Counted from the first letter of the stretch, positions 1 to 9,584 are shown. The stretch is 64,000 nucleotides of DNA from an uncultured Candidatus Saccharibacteria bacterium (GCA_964558375.1 CAZLCD010000003.1:155-64154), one strand, 5' to 3'. Notes: generated by a model not told the origin, from the sequence alone. Program-made: numbers and translations.

Positions 1-69
1 GAAGCTCTAGCAACAGTAGGTGGACCTACATATATATCTAGAATAGTTCATGATTCACAAAATCAGGCC

Positions 70-747
70 GTGTATTATCTAGAGCACGATGAAGGGGGTA
101 GAGATTGTCCTGCCATAATTCATAAAATCGATCTGAAAACAAAGGTTGATTCTGAAGTAAAGTCTTGCAGTGAAGCTGAAATTATGAGTTCTGAATCTTA
201 CAGTAGTCTAATGGGGAATACTTTTAAAGATTTCAATTATCTGCACAGTATTAATTTAAAGAAAAATAATATCTCTTTAGATATAAAGACTATCTCAGAG
301 AACAAGGATACTGACGGTTATACAATGTCGACTGATTTTAAAATGTCACTGTTTCAAGATAAGGTAAATAAATCCATTGTTGATTTTAAAGGCTGCTCAG
401 TAGATGATCCTAATACAATAGAAGGCTATATGGTGCCAGATTCTAATACTCTCATTTTATTGATATCTAGAAAGAGAAATTGTTTCGAAGGTGGATATAT
501 TGGAGAAGATTTATATGTTGTAGATGGCATAAATTATCATGACAAAGTTCCGGTTAGAACCTATAAAGATGTAGCCCCTACCGAACCTAATGCGGGTAAC
601 TTGGTCGTCTATCCTTCAGTAGAAGGTGGGGAAGTTAAAAATAATGTTTCTGAGGATAAAAAATTAAATAATAACAATACGATATTAGTAGTTCTAGTGT
701 TTATTGTTGGTTTAATGTTGGGATATATTGTAAAGAGAAAGGTTTAA
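70..747 (+). CDS. hypothetical exported protein with a single C-terminal transmembrane anchor and basic tail (…ILVVLVFIVGLMLGYIVKRKV)
   Basis: Long ORF with no recognisable catalytic motifs. Hydrophobic C-terminal helix followed by KRKV. No LPXTG or PGF motif seen. Confidence 0.4.
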   Translation: MYYLEHDEGGRDCPAIIHKIDLKTKVDSEVKSCSEAEIMSSESYSSLMGNTFKDFNYLHSINLKKNNISLDIKTISENKDTDGYTMSTDFKMSLFQDKVNKSIVDFKGCSVDDPNTIEGYMVPDSNTLILLISRKRNCFEGGYIGEDLYVVDGINYHDKVPVRTYKDVAPTEPNAGNLVVYPSVEGGEVKNNVSEDKKLNNNNTILVVLVFIVGLMLGYIVKRKV

Positions 748-771
748 AAAACTGTGGTAGAATAATGCCAT

Positions 772-1362
772 ATGAAAAACAACAAAAAACTTATAATTGG
801 AATTTCGTTACCCCTATTAGTAATTCTTTTCGTTATCGGAGCTGTGGTTTTTCCCAAGCTATTTTTTAACCCAAAGTATGATTTTGTCTATACTATTGAT
901 CCTATGTGTAATGATTATAATTGCAGATATTATTATAATGTTCCAAATCCGATATACCCATACAATGTGACTGACGGGAAGATTTCTAAAGCAGAAAAAC
1001 TATCTCCAATCACAATCCCTGATCCAAATGATTATCAAAAGAAAGTTACTGTAGAGGCTATTTATCCGAAATTATATATTTACCACGTAGATAAAGAATC
1101 ATTTGAAGAAATATCTCTAGAACAAGCACAGAAACTAAACTTAACTAATGGAGGCTCTGATCCAGATGGTACGGTAGTTACAAATGCTAACAATGGCAGT
1201 AGGGGAATTGTTGGAGAAGTTCTTGGGGGTGGATCTTATTATAATAGATACGACCTTTATCTTAAAAACGGCTCTTTCTCTAAAAAGATCACAATTGAAA
1301 ATGGTGGACGACAAGATTATTATTACAACTCTAATTTTCGTTTAATAGGTTGGGTAAAATAA
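772..1362 (+). CDS. hypothetical protein with N-terminal signal-anchor helix
   Basis: ORF with a hydrophobic stretch (LIIGISLPLLVILFVIGAVVF) near the N-terminus. Asn/Tyr/Gly-rich, no known motif. Confidence 0.4.
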   Translation: MKNNKKLIIGISLPLLVILFVIGAVVFPKLFFNPKYDFVYTIDPMCNDYNCRYYYNVPNPIYPYNVTDGKISKAEKLSPITIPDPNDYQKKVTVEAIYPKLYIYHVDKESFEEISLEQAQKLNLTNGGSDPDGTVVTNANNGSRGIVGEVLGGGSYYNRYDLYLKNGSFSKKITIENGGRQDYYYNSNFRLIGWVK

Positions 1363-1372
1363 TTATTATAAT

Positions 1373-2368
1373 ATGAACAAAGAACAATTGATCGGGGTTC
1401 TTAGAGAGAATTTGAAACTAGGTACTATAAGCAAAGAAGAAGTTTTGGCTTTATGTGATGTTGATCCAGCTGTCTCTGTTAGTAATCCAGAATCGAGTTT
1501 ATTTGAAGGGAAGAAGCGTTTTTCTGTGACAAATATTCTTTATTTTATCGGGGGACTAATTCTTCTTATTGGTATTGGAACACTTCTATTTAGATTTTGG
1601 GATGATTTGTCTAGTTTTGTTAAGGTAGCAATCACTCTAGGAATAGCTGTCGCTGCTTATATTTCAGGTATATTGCTCAGATCAGATACTCAGACAGTTG
1701 GTATCGGAGTTATAGCACAAGTAATATCAGGAGCCCTTTTGCCTGTCGGTATTTTCATCACACTCGATGAAATGGGTTTACAGAATATAGGTATCGGTTG
1801 GATAACTAGTGTATCGATTGCTCTAACCTTACTTTACATACTCTCTCTTGTTCTATTCAGATCAATAGTTTTTTCATTCTACTCAATTGCTTTCGGAACA
1901 TGGGCTTTGTATTCAATCATTACTTATGCTCTTACAGATTCATCAACTCTAATTTCTTTTGATATTTATAGCTATACAACCCTTGCTCTTGGTCTGGGGT
2001 ATCTATTCCTGGCATCTTATGTAAGAGGGACATCTCATCGATCATTAGCGCCAGTACTAGACTTTATCGGAAGTATGGGATTCTTCATTGCAGTTCTTGT
2101 CTTAGGTAAATACGCTCCACGACAGAACGTTTTCTGGGAAATTATCGGTGTATTATCTCTATGTGGAGGATTGTATTTATCTAGTGTTACCCACAATAAA
2201 AATATATTAAAAACTACTGGTTTATTTATATTTATTTTCATAGGTAAATTTACTGGAGAATATTTCGTTGATAGTTTTGGTTGGCCTATAGCACTTATCA
2301 TAAGTGGTCTTGTATTAATTGGTGTAGGTTTCGGTCTACTCCGATTTGGTAACAGAATTAAGCAATAG
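1373..2368 (+). CDS. polytopic membrane protein (soluble N-terminal ~50 aa then at least 8 predicted TM helices)
   Basis: Hydropathy pattern of the translation. No catalytic motif recognised. Confidence 0.45.
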   Translation: MNKEQLIGVLRENLKLGTISKEEVLALCDVDPAVSVSNPESSLFEGKKRFSVTNILYFIGGLILLIGIGTLLFRFWDDLSSFVKVAITLGIAVAAYISGILLRSDTQTVGIGVIAQVISGALLPVGIFITLDEMGLQNIGIGWITSVSIALTLLYILSLVLFRSIVFSFYSIAFGTWALYSIITYALTDSSTLISFDIYSYTTLALGLGYLFLASYVRGTSHRSLAPVLDFIGSMGFFIAVLVLGKYAPRQNVFWEIIGVLSLCGGLYLSSVTHNKNILKTTGLFIFIFIGKFTGEYFVDSFGWPIALIISGLVLIGVGFGLLRFGNRIKQ

Positions 2369-2397
2369 GCGCCATAAGGTATTTCTGCCTAATTTTT

Positions 2398-2426
2398 TTG
2401 CAATCCTCTTTAAAATGTAGTAATAT
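2398..2426 (+). promoter_or_regulatory. sigma70-like promoter, TTGCAA-N17-TAATAT, upstream of pyruvate kinase
   Basis: -35 TTGCAA at 2398-2403, a 17-nt spacer, -10 TAATAT at 2421-2426. About 39 nt of leader without a Shine-Dalgarno sequence before ATG 2466. Confidence 0.45.
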
Positions 2427-2465
2427 ACTACCTTGTGTTTATCAATTAAATAATTTATCTTCAAA

Positions 2466-3881
2466 ATGAATAACGGAAAGAAAACCAAGATTGTATGTAC
2501 TATAGGTCCAGCTACTGAATCTGTAGAAAAGCTCAATGCACTTGTGCTTGCTGGTATGAATGTAATGAGATTAAACTTTTCTCATGGAGACTTCGCTGAG
2601 CATCAAGGTCGCGTTGATAATCTAAAAAAGGTTGCAGAAAAAACTGGAACAACTATTGCTGTTATGCAAGACCTTGGTGGTCCAAAGATCAGAATTGGAG
2701 ATTTTGAAAAAGGCCTCATCACTCTTAAGGAAGGTCAGGTTTTTACTCTAACCACTGAAAAGATTGTCGGTAATGAAAAGATCGTTCATGTAAATTATCC
2801 TCTTTTACCAAAGGAGGTAAAGGTTGGCGGATATATACTACTCCATGATGGTAAAAAGAAATTGCAAATAACTGATATTAAGGGCAATGAAGTTATTACA
2901 AAGGTCTTGGTTGGCGGAGAGATCAAAAGTAAAAGAGGTGTCAATCTTCCTGGTGCTTATCTTTCTATGAGTTCTATAACTGAAAAGGACAGAAAGGATT
3001 TGGAATTTGGTTTGAAGAATAAAGTTGATTTTATTGCTCTCTCTTTCGTAAGACGACCTAGTGATATTACTGAACTTAGAGAAATTTTGAATGCTCGAAA
3101 GTCAAAAGCTGGAATTATTGCAAAGATCGAAACTCCAGAAGCCCTAGATAATATTGACGAAATCATTAACCTCTGTGACGCTATCATGGTCGCTCGAGGT
3201 GATCTTGCTATCGAGATTCCCGCTGAAGAAGTACCGCTTGTGCAGAAAATGCTTATCAGTAAATGTAATGCTGTCGGTAAGCCAGTGATTACAGCTACAC
3301 AGATGTTAGAATCTATGATCAAGAGCCCTGTAGCAACTCGTGCTGAAGTATCTGATATTGCAAATGCTATTATCGATGGAACAGATGCTATCATGCTTTC
3401 AGAAGAGACAACCCTCGGAGATTTCCCAGTAGAAGCTGTAGAGATGATGACTCGTATCGCTTCACGTGTCGAAAAGGATGTTTATACTACAGACACCATT
3501 GCTGAATACGAAGATTCTCACGGTATTACTGACATTACTTGCCAGTCTGCAGTACTTGCTTCACATGAGGTGGAGGCGCGTTTCTTGGTAGCTCTTACAG
3601 AGTCTGGTAATACAGCTCGTATGTTGGCTCGATATCGTCCAGCAGAAAGAGTTATCGCCCTTACTTCAAACAAAGTTACTGCTCAGAAACTCGCTCTAAG
3701 CTTCGGTTGCTACCCTATAGTTGTGCCAAAATTTGAGACTATGGATGATATTATGACAACAGTAAGAAAGACAGCTCTAAAGTACAAAATAGGTGTAAAA
3801 GGTAACAATGTAGTTGTTGTAGCAGGTATGCCTTTCGGCAAAATGAAAGAGACAAATATGATGCTTATCGAGACTTTGTAA
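2466..3881 (+). CDS. pyk: pyruvate kinase
   Basis: N-terminus KTKIVCTIGPATESVEKL…MNVMRLNFSHGDFAEH, then MVARGDLAIEIP and the C-terminal allosteric domain. These are typical PK family motifs. 471 aa. Confidence 0.9.
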   Translation: MNNGKKTKIVCTIGPATESVEKLNALVLAGMNVMRLNFSHGDFAEHQGRVDNLKKVAEKTGTTIAVMQDLGGPKIRIGDFEKGLITLKEGQVFTLTTEKIVGNEKIVHVNYPLLPKEVKVGGYILLHDGKKKLQITDIKGNEVITKVLVGGEIKSKRGVNLPGAYLSMSSITEKDRKDLEFGLKNKVDFIALSFVRRPSDITELREILNARKSKAGIIAKIETPEALDNIDEIINLCDAIMVARGDLAIEIPAEEVPLVQKMLISKCNAVGKPVITATQMLESMIKSPVATRAEVSDIANAIIDGTDAIMLSEETTLGDFPVEAVEMMTRIASRVEKDVYTTDTIAEYEDSHGITDITCQSAVLASHEVEARFLVALTESGNTARMLARYRPAERVIALTSNKVTAQKLALSFGCYPIVVPKFETMDDIMTTVRKTALKYKIGVKGNNVVVVAGMPFGKMKETNMMLIETL

Positions 3882-3952
3882 TAAGGAGATATCGCCACAG
3901 AGCCCTTTTCGAGAGTTATCCACAAGTTCTTAAGATTTGATAAAGTTTTTGT

Positions 3953-3983
3953 AAAAATATCCCCTTGTGGGGATATTTTGTTT
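3953..3983 (+). terminator. intrinsic terminator hairpin (AAAATATCCCC-TTGT-GGGGATATTTT followed by GTTT)
   Basis: Perfect 11-bp inverted repeat with a 4-nt loop and a T-rich tail, 70 nt downstream of the pyk stop. Confidence 0.5.
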
Positions 3984-4745
3984 GGGTATAATTTGGGAAT
4001 GGTAACAAAAACAACAGCAAAATTATATAGTTTGATGGACACCGATCTATTTCTAGACAATAGCAATAGGGAATATGTCTTAAAAATAAAAGACTTACCT
4101 TTGAACGATAAGCCTAGAGCAAAGATGATCAATCATGGACCTGGGTCGTTGTCCTTGGCGGAACTTTTGGCTGTGATTTTTAACACAGGAAGCAAGTCGG
4201 AAGATGTTTTGGAAATGTCCAATCGCATTATCCGTGAATATGGCGAGAAGAGTATTATCTCAGAAAAGAATGTCGAAAGACTTTCTATGGAGCTCAATAT
4301 TCCCATTGTTAAAGCCAGTCAGATTATCGCTTGTGGAGAGATAGGTCGAAGGTTCTATGAGAAAAATAGTTCAGGGCTTACGGTTATTCGTAGTGCAAAG
4401 GATGTGTATGAACATTTGAGAGATATGCACAATCTCCCAAAGGAGCATCTTAGGGGTCTATATTTAAATAGCCACAATCGCATTATTCACGATGAAGTGC
4501 TTTCTATCGGAACCATCAACACCAATATCATTCATCCGAGAGAAGTTTTTCGACCTGCTTTACAGTACAATGCCGCGGCTATTGTCCTAGCTCACAATCA
4601 TCCTTCAAATATCCCCACCCCAAGCGCACAGGATATAGAAGCTACCAATCAGATTATCGAAGCAGGCAAAATCATTGGCATTAGTGTTTTGGACCATGTA
4701 ATAATCACAAAAAGCACTTATGTAAGTATTAATGCGCATTATTAA
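3978..4745 (+). CDS. radC: RadC-like JAB/MPN domain protein (UPF0758)
   Basis: C-terminal JAMM motif LAHNHPSNIPTPSAQD and the N-terminal helix-hairpin-helix-like region typical of RadC. The true start is probably ATG 3999 (MVTKTT…), 6 nt after a TATAAT at 3987-3992, because the 3978 start lies inside the terminator hairpin. Confidence 0.75.
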   Translation: MFGYNLGMVTKTTAKLYSLMDTDLFLDNSNREYVLKIKDLPLNDKPRAKMINHGPGSLSLAELLAVIFNTGSKSEDVLEMSNRIIREYGEKSIISEKNVERLSMELNIPIVKASQIIACGEIGRRFYEKNSSGLTVIRSAKDVYEHLRDMHNLPKEHLRGLYLNSHNRIIHDEVLSIGTINTNIIHPREVFRPALQYNAAAIVLAHNHPSNIPTPSAQDIEATNQIIEAGKIIGISVLDHVIITKSTYVSINAHY

Positions 4746-4773
4746 TTCATTATCAATTTAATTTATATCTATT

Positions 4774-5073
4774 ATGAGTACATATAATATTATTTCCCCA
4801 TCTTTAAGCGGTTTCCTATCAGACGATCACTTGTATTTCGAGGGTATAAAATGCCCGGTTGAGATATACAGAATAAGGGATTGCAAATATATCTCGAGAG
4901 ATTCTGTAGACGTTTTGGAAAAGTATTTTAACGATATACACAATCTTTTTCTAAAAAAGCTTTCAAAGTTTTCTACTTCCGAAAATTCCACAGATGAAGA
5001 AATCACAAAAATGCAGGCTCTTTTGCAAGAATTAGTAAAGGTTAAGGGGCTTATAGAAGGAAGGACGGATTAG
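4774..5073 (+). CDS. hypothetical protein (99 aa)
   Basis: Clean ORF between radC and murD on the same strand. No motif recognised. Confidence 0.3.
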   Translation: MSTYNIISPSLSGFLSDDHLYFEGIKCPVEIYRIRDCKYISRDSVDVLEKYFNDIHNLFLKKLSKFSTSENSTDEEITKMQALLQELVKVKGLIEGRTD

Positions 5074-6389
5074 TGTATAATATGTGGGTGAATTATAAAG
5101 ACTATTTCAAAGACAAGAAGATCGCTATAGTCGGCCTCGGTCCCCACGGTGAGATGTTGGCAGACATTAAGTTTCTATTGAAGAATAAGGCTCAAGTTTC
5201 GCTTTATGATATGCGAAGTGAAGAGAGGGTTAGTAAATATGTACTAGATCTACCTGTCGGCGGTTGTCGCAAATTCTCCTTTGGCAAAATAGATGGTGAC
5301 GAACTTCTTGATGAAGATATCATTATCCTTTCTCCAGAAGTTTCCAAGAAAAGCAATTTTCTAAAGAAAGCTAGTTCTGCCGGTAAGCAGATCGAATTTA
5401 TCGATACAATGTTTTTGAAATTGATACCTCCTATTACTTTGATCGGGGTGATAGGTTCATATGGTAAGAGTGTTGTTTCTCATCTTATATATTCTGTTTT
5501 AAAGAAGGCCTTTGCTTTGAACAAGGATCAAGGGCTTTTTTTCATTGATTCAGATCTAAGCGGAGGCACTTTAAATAATTTAAAAAAGATTAACAAAGGA
5601 GATGTAGTGATATGTCGCATCCCAGAGTATCTAATGGAGTACTATCATAAGCTTCGCATTAGCCCTCATGTAGCTGTCATAACTTCGGTAGTACCTTTCG
5701 ATATACTTGAATTTCAAACCTATAACAATTTTGTTATAGCTTCCGACGAGGTTATAGATGCCATTAAAAAACATTCAAAAAATCCTTCAAAAGCCAAGAT
5801 TTTGCGAACCTATGCAAACTCTATTCCAGCTGAATGGAATATGGCTATCAATAATATTCATGATAAAGAAAATGCGGCCTTGGTTTTACAAACTGCTGAG
5901 CTCTTCAAGGTTTCAACTGATATTGTACGTGAGGTTCTACAAAATTTTACTGGACTTAAGGGACATATCGAATTGGTTAAAAGGGTAGGCGGTGTTGAAT
6001 ATTATAATGATACAAATTCCGTGCATCCTTTATCAACTCTCAATGCTATCAAGACATTATCTTCCAATAAAAATTTAATCTTAATTATGGGTGGTGCATA
6101 TACTGGTTATGACTATGACCATTTGATCGATAAGATTTCAAATTATGTTTCAACTATTATTCTTTTGCCAGGTAGTGGTACGGTCGGCTTGCGCTCAAGG
6201 ATCGACGCCCTAAAAGACGTCACTGTCTTGCAGGCTCTAGATCTGGAGAAGGCTGTAGAGCTGGCCTGTGATAATGCTCAAAAGGGTGAAATAGTGCTGT
6301 TTAGCCCTAGTTTTGAGGCTGTGGGGGTGGATTTATCGAAGAAAGAGAGGGGAGAGAGGTTTGTGAGAGCTGTAAGGAGTTTGTCCTAA
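5073..6389 (+). CDS. murD: UDP-N-acetylmuramoyl-L-alanine--D-glutamate ligase (MurD-like Mur ligase)
   Basis: N-terminal Rossmann-like KKIAIVGLG. P-loop IGVIGSYGKSVVS (compare GSNGKST). C-terminal domain GLKGHIELV…NDTNSVHP…ILIMGG…VLFSPSFEAVGVDLSKKERGERF lines up with MurD GLPHRFE…NDSKATN…LLLGG…[20 protein letters not shown]. Start may be GTG 5073 or ATG 5082. Confidence 0.75.
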   Translation: MYNMWVNYKDYFKDKKIAIVGLGPHGEMLADIKFLLKNKAQVSLYDMRSEERVSKYVLDLPVGGCRKFSFGKIDGDELLDEDIIILSPEVSKKSNFLKKASSAGKQIEFIDTMFLKLIPPITLIGVIGSYGKSVVSHLIYSVLKKAFALNKDQGLFFIDSDLSGGTLNNLKKINKGDVVICRIPEYLMEYYHKLRISPHVAVITSVVPFDILEFQTYNNFVIASDEVIDAIKKHSKNPSKAKILRTYANSIPAEWNMAINNIHDKENAALVLQTAELFKVSTDIVREVLQNFTGLKGHIELVKRVGGVEYYNDTNSVHPLSTLNAIKTLSSNKNLILIMGGAYTGYDYDHLIDKISNYVSTIILLPGSGTVGLRSRIDALKDVTVLQALDLEKAVELACDNAQKGEIVLFSPSFEAVGVDLSKKERGERFVRAVRSLS

Positions 6390-6405
6390 TCTACAGTTAA
6401 TCCTC

Positions 6406-7296
6406 TTAATCTCCACATATTATACAGACCACGGTGCCATCCCAAGATTTTCCTGTATAGACTGCTTGCATAAGTCCTGCAACTGACAGGGCACTATTTG
6501 TAGAAATAGAAATATCCGTATGCTTTTTTGTGATATCTTGCGCCGCTAGTATCTGTTCATTTGAAGCTATCCATGCACTTCCGCCTGTTTTTTCTATAAG
6601 CTTGATCAGTGTATCTTTTCTTTTGGCCATATGATCCACTATTGCATCTGCTATTGATTTTTCATCTATCACATCGCTATCTACAAATGCATTGGCAATC
6701 GGGTGACACGATGAAGTCTGCACTATATGCATCTCAACTTTTTTATTTTTCGAAATAAAGTTTTCTGCCAAAGCTTGCGCTGTTGTGCCGGATGATGTGC
6801 CTATAAAAACCGCCTGCAGATCCGCTATTTCCAAAAGTTCATCAGCAAGTGTCGAATAACCGATAAGTGCATTGTCATCGTTCGATTGTCTAAGAGCTTT
6901 GATCGATGTATCCTTTGTCTTTTGAAATAAAGTCTGAAGAGGCCTATCATGCATAGTGACATTTATATTTTCATTTCTAAAAGTCTCTAAATTATTTAAC
7001 TTTTTTTTAGAAATATGTTGACCAATAAGTATATCAAGTGAAATTTTCTTCTCTCCATTACTTTTTTTATTTTCTTGATTTACTTTGTGTATATGCTGCG
7101 CCGCAGCTAGAGCCGCATTGCCAGAAGAAGAGATGGCAAAGTGTTCAATACCTTGCTTTGAATACATATCTATCATCACGGGTATAGACCTACCTTTATG
7201 TGAACCGTATAGATGCAGATCTTCTCTTTTAAAGACTAGAGAGTCTATCTGCAATGCTTTTGCTAATTCGATATAAGGTTCTTGGGGGGTTATCAT
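6406..7296 (-). CDS. PLP-dependent enzyme, fold-type II (tryptophan-synthase-beta/threonine-synthase/ACC-deaminase superfamily)
   Basis: FKREDLHLYGSHKGRS matches the K(R/D)EDL…G(S/G)xK motif with the PLP lysine, plus a glycine-rich GTSSGTTAQ loop. The 5' end is trimmed to the internal Met (MITPQEPY) so it does not overlap the divergent neighbour. Confidence 0.55.
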   Translation of the reverse strand: MITPQEPYIELAKALQIDSLVFKREDLHLYGSHKGRSIPVMIDMYSKQGIEHFAISSSGNAALAAAQHIHKVNQENKKSNGEKKISLDILIGQHISKKKLNNLETFRNENINVTMHDRPLQTLFQKTKDTSIKALRQSNDDNALIGYSTLADELLEIADLQAVFIGTSSGTTAQALAENFISKNKKVEMHIVQTSSCHPIANAFVDSDVIDEKSIADAIVDHMAKRKDTLIKLIEKTGGSAWIASNEQILAAQDITKKHTDISISTNSALSVAGLMQAVYTGKSWDGTVVCIICGD

Positions 7297-7373
7297 GTTG
7301 ATATAATACAACGTTTTATGTACTATTAAAAGATAAGTTATTAATAAATATGTATTTTCAATCAATAAAAGTC

Positions 7374-7538
7374 ATGAAATCAAATTGTCCAGAATGTAAA
7401 AATGATATAGACCTTTCACGTTACCCATCTGTAGAAGAAGGTATGGTTATCGAATGTAATCATTGCGGTATTACCTTGCTTGCCAAGAATATAGCCGGCG
7501 ACACACTTTCTACTGAGATTGTTGACGAAGGGAAGTAA
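7374..7538 (+). CDS. small zinc-ribbon protein (CPxC…CxxC, 54 aa), LysW-like fold
   Basis: MKSNCPECKNDIDL…EGMVIECNHCGITL has the four-Cys spacing and size of LysW/ArgW carrier proteins, but the C-terminus (…EIVDEGK) lacks the EDWGE tail. Confidence 0.35.
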   Translation: MKSNCPECKNDIDLSRYPSVEEGMVIECNHCGITLLAKNIAGDTLSTEIVDEGK

Positions 7539-8877
7539 TAACTTCTTCTATCATTCCTCGGAAGCCATGAGAGCCTAAGAAAACTATAACTTCTCCGGAA
7601 GTGATGGCCTTTTTTACTAATTCTTTATCATCTTCAATATAGTAAGTGTTTGCATTTGTCTTTTTAATTATTTCAGCCAATCTATCTCCCTCTATAGGTT
7701 TGTTTTCCTCCTCGGATATTTTTAGTCTCGTTAATCGAGGAATAAGAACTATATCTGCATCTTTGAAAGCATTATCGTACATATGAGCTGAGCTTTCTTG
7801 TCTGCCACCGATATTTGGTTCATATATTGCTACTATCTTGTCTTTATAAACTTCTCTTATACTCTCTAAGACAGAAGAAGCTTTCTCTGGTGTGGGGGCA
7901 TGGCAATCAAAAACCGTGACTTTACCTTCTAATCTTTTTTCTAATCTCCTCTTTATGCCTTTAAAATTTTGAATTGCTTCTATGATAGTTTCTGGTTCAA
8001 TTCCTATTTCGGAAGCCATGGCGAAGCTGCCCGCTATATTTTCTGCGTTAAATTTACCTAGCATTGGCGAGTGGATTTTATAACTATTTCCTTTATTTTC
8101 TAAAATAAAATCAATGCCATCTCTCGTTTGGTTGGTTGAATGATAATAATAATCTGAATCAGATGTTTTTCCATAGGTAACAGCAATCTTTCCATTCAAA
8201 GCTTTTTTAATACCTTGATTATCATTACATATAACTATATTTTTAGTTTTTTCTATTAATTCTTCAAAAACTTTGAAATACGATTCTTCTGTAGGGTATA
8301 GGTCTGCATGATCCCAAGATACTGATGTTAATAGTAGGTGATTGGGGTGATAATAGACGAATTTTGGACGCTTATCCGAAATCGATACTTGATATTCATC
8401 ACCCTCTACTATGCTCCACTTTGAATCACTCAAGGCTCCGGTATTATGTGATAGAGATAATCCACCTGTGAAATAACTAGGGTCCATCTTTGCTTCAATC
8501 ATTATAAAAGATAATAGGGAAGAGATGGTAGTTTTGCCCCAAGTTCCGGTGACCACTATCGAGTTTTCTTTTATAAAATACTTTTCTAATATTTCCGGAT
8601 ACGAATATATTGGTATATTGTTTTCTTTGGCATACATTATCTCTGGATTCTTTGGACTAGTGCCTCCGCCGCCTATCATTACCATATCCGGCTTGCCTAT
8701 ATTTTCTGGATGCCAACCAGCGTAAAAGAGGATTCCATGTTTCTCCAATTCTGTAGAAACAGGAGGAAAGAAGCCTTTATCAGAACCAGTGACTTTCCAA
8801 CCCTTTTCCTTGAAAGCAATAGCAATAGCGCTGGTTGCTACACCGCAGATGCCGATGATGTGAAGGTGTTTGGACAT
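7510..8877 (-). CDS. mpl: Mur ligase, Mpl/MurC family (UDP-N-acetylmuramate:L-alanyl-gamma-D-glutamyl-meso-diaminopimelate ligase-like)
   Basis: N-terminus HLHIIGICGVATSAIA…VTGSDKGFFPPVSTELEKHGI closely resembles Mpl (HILGICGTFMGG…VTGSDANVYPPMSTLLEKQGI). P-loop VVTGTWGKTT. EGDEYQVSISDKRPKFVYYHPNHLLLTSVSWDHADLY matches Mpl [37 protein letters not shown]. Confidence 0.75.
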   Translation of the reverse strand: MSKHLHIIGICGVATSAIAIAFKEKGWKVTGSDKGFFPPVSTELEKHGILFYAGWHPENIGKPDMVMIGGGGTSPKNPEIMYAKENNIPIYSYPEILEKYFIKENSIVVTGTWGKTTISSLLSFIMIEAKMDPSYFTGGLSLSHNTGALSDSKWSIVEGDEYQVSISDKRPKFVYYHPNHLLLTSVSWDHADLYPTEESYFKVFEELIEKTKNIVICNDNQGIKKALNGKIAVTYGKTSDSDYYYHSTNQTRDGIDFILENKGNSYKIHSPMLGKFNAENIAGSFAMASEIGIEPETIIEAIQNFKGIKRRLEKRLEGKVTVFDCHAPTPEKASSVLESIREVYKDKIVAIYEPNIGGRQESSAHMYDNAFKDADIVLIPRLTRLKISEEENKPIEGDRLAEIIKKTNANTYYIEDDKELVKKAITSGEVIVFLGSHGFRGMIEEVITSLRQQSQ

Positions 8878-8924
8878 TAGGTTATTATACTGGAAGGTTA
8901 GAGGAAGGTCGATGTTTAGTAAAT

Positions 8925-9227
8925 CTACCCCAACTGAACCTCTTTATTAAAAGCTTTCGCTATGCGATATAGCGTTCCAAGAGAGAAGCTATGTTTTCCA
9001 CTCTCAATACGAGCAATTACAGATTGAGGCATCTTAGCCTCTATTGCTAAGGCTTTCTGTGTAAGTTTATTCTCTATTCGCATTTTTTTTATCTGATAGG
9101 CAAGCTTAAGGCGAGCCATCTCCTCATTGTAATTTTTGACAAAGGATTTGGATTTGAAATATTTACCAAATGACTCCTCAAATGAGTACATCTTAATAGT
9201 TTTATTGTTAACTTTTATTTCTTTCAT
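8925..9227 (-). CDS. XRE-family helix-turn-helix protein (HigA-like antitoxin)
   Basis: HTH LTQKALAIEAKMPQSVIARIESGKHSFSLGTLYRIAKAF. Trimmed to internal Met (MKEIKV…) 11 nt after the upstream partner's stop. The longer 9281 start is also possible. Confidence 0.6.
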   Translation of the reverse strand: MKEIKVNNKTIKMYSFEESFGKYFKSKSFVKNYNEEMARLKLAYQIKKMRIENKLTQKALAIEAKMPQSVIARIESGKHSFSLGTLYRIAKAFNKEVQLG

Positions 9228-9237
9228 TGATTTTGGG

Positions 9238-9555
9238 TTATTGTTTGTTAATAATTTTATATATTTTCTCAGCATACTCAATTTCTGCCCTAGGAGCTTT
9301 TTTGGTTTTCTTTATAAAAATTCTAATGAGATAAATGATACATACCTCAATGAAAAAGATAATTCTATATCTGCCCACAATTAACTCTTTTACTTTTCCT
9401 CTCAATGTCTTTATGTATAAAACACTAAAGTAAGCATTGCATAAAGCCTCAACCTCACTCGTTATCTTCACCCTATCTTTCTCAGGTAGGGAATCAATAA
9501 AATCTTTCACCTCTTCAAGTACAATTAACTTGTAAACATGATTTTCTTTATTCAT
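9238..9555 (-). CDS. RelE/HigB-like toxin (phage Gp49-like, DUF891-type)
   Basis: About 105 aa. VKDFIDSLPEKDRVKI…GKVKELIVGRYRIIFF matches the Gp49/HigB pattern (…LPxKDRAKI…ELRxxxYRILYFF). Directly followed by an XRE HTH gene, the classic HigB-HigA order. Confidence 0.5.
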   Translation of the reverse strand: MNKENHVYKLIVLEEVKDFIDSLPEKDRVKITSEVEALCNAYFSVLYIKTLRGKVKELIVGRYRIIFFIEVCIIYLIRIFIKKTKKAPRAEIEYAEKIYKIINKQ

Positions 9556-9564
9556 ATGTAGTAT

Positions 9565-9584
9565 ATCAATATTGCTATATTGAT
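9565..9584. promoter_or_regulatory. palindromic operator-like site ATCAATAT-TGCT-ATATTGAT upstream of the toxin-antitoxin pair
   Basis: Perfect 8-bp inverted repeat with a 4-nt spacer, about 10-30 nt upstream of the toxin start codon on the minus strand. Confidence 0.35.

Noticed and set aside
2035-3394. Antisense ORFs inside mapped genes (for example 2035-2301, 2336-2536, 2957-3394, 3710-4132 and many similar 60-145-aa ORFs throughout the track)
   Set aside because: They lie opposite well-supported genes (membrane protein, pyk and others), have no motifs, and show the low-complexity Ile/Ser/Phe-rich composition typical of shadow ORFs in AT-rich DNA.
5065-5084. Leaderless promoter for murD (TGTATAAT at 5074-5081)
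   Set aside because: The hexamer abuts ATG 5082 with zero spacing and overlaps the GTG 5073 start, so it cannot serve either start as a -10. Probably a chance AT-rich hexamer. murD is likely co-transcribed with the upstream ORF.
7374-7538. Calling the 54-aa Cys4 zinc-ribbon ORF LysW/ArgW (amino-group carrier protein)
   Set aside because: Size and CPxC…CxxC spacing fit, but the diagnostic C-terminal EDWGE tail with terminal Glu is absent (it ends …EIVDEGK). No LysX/LysZ/LysY/LysJ partners are adjacent. Kept only as LysW-like fold.
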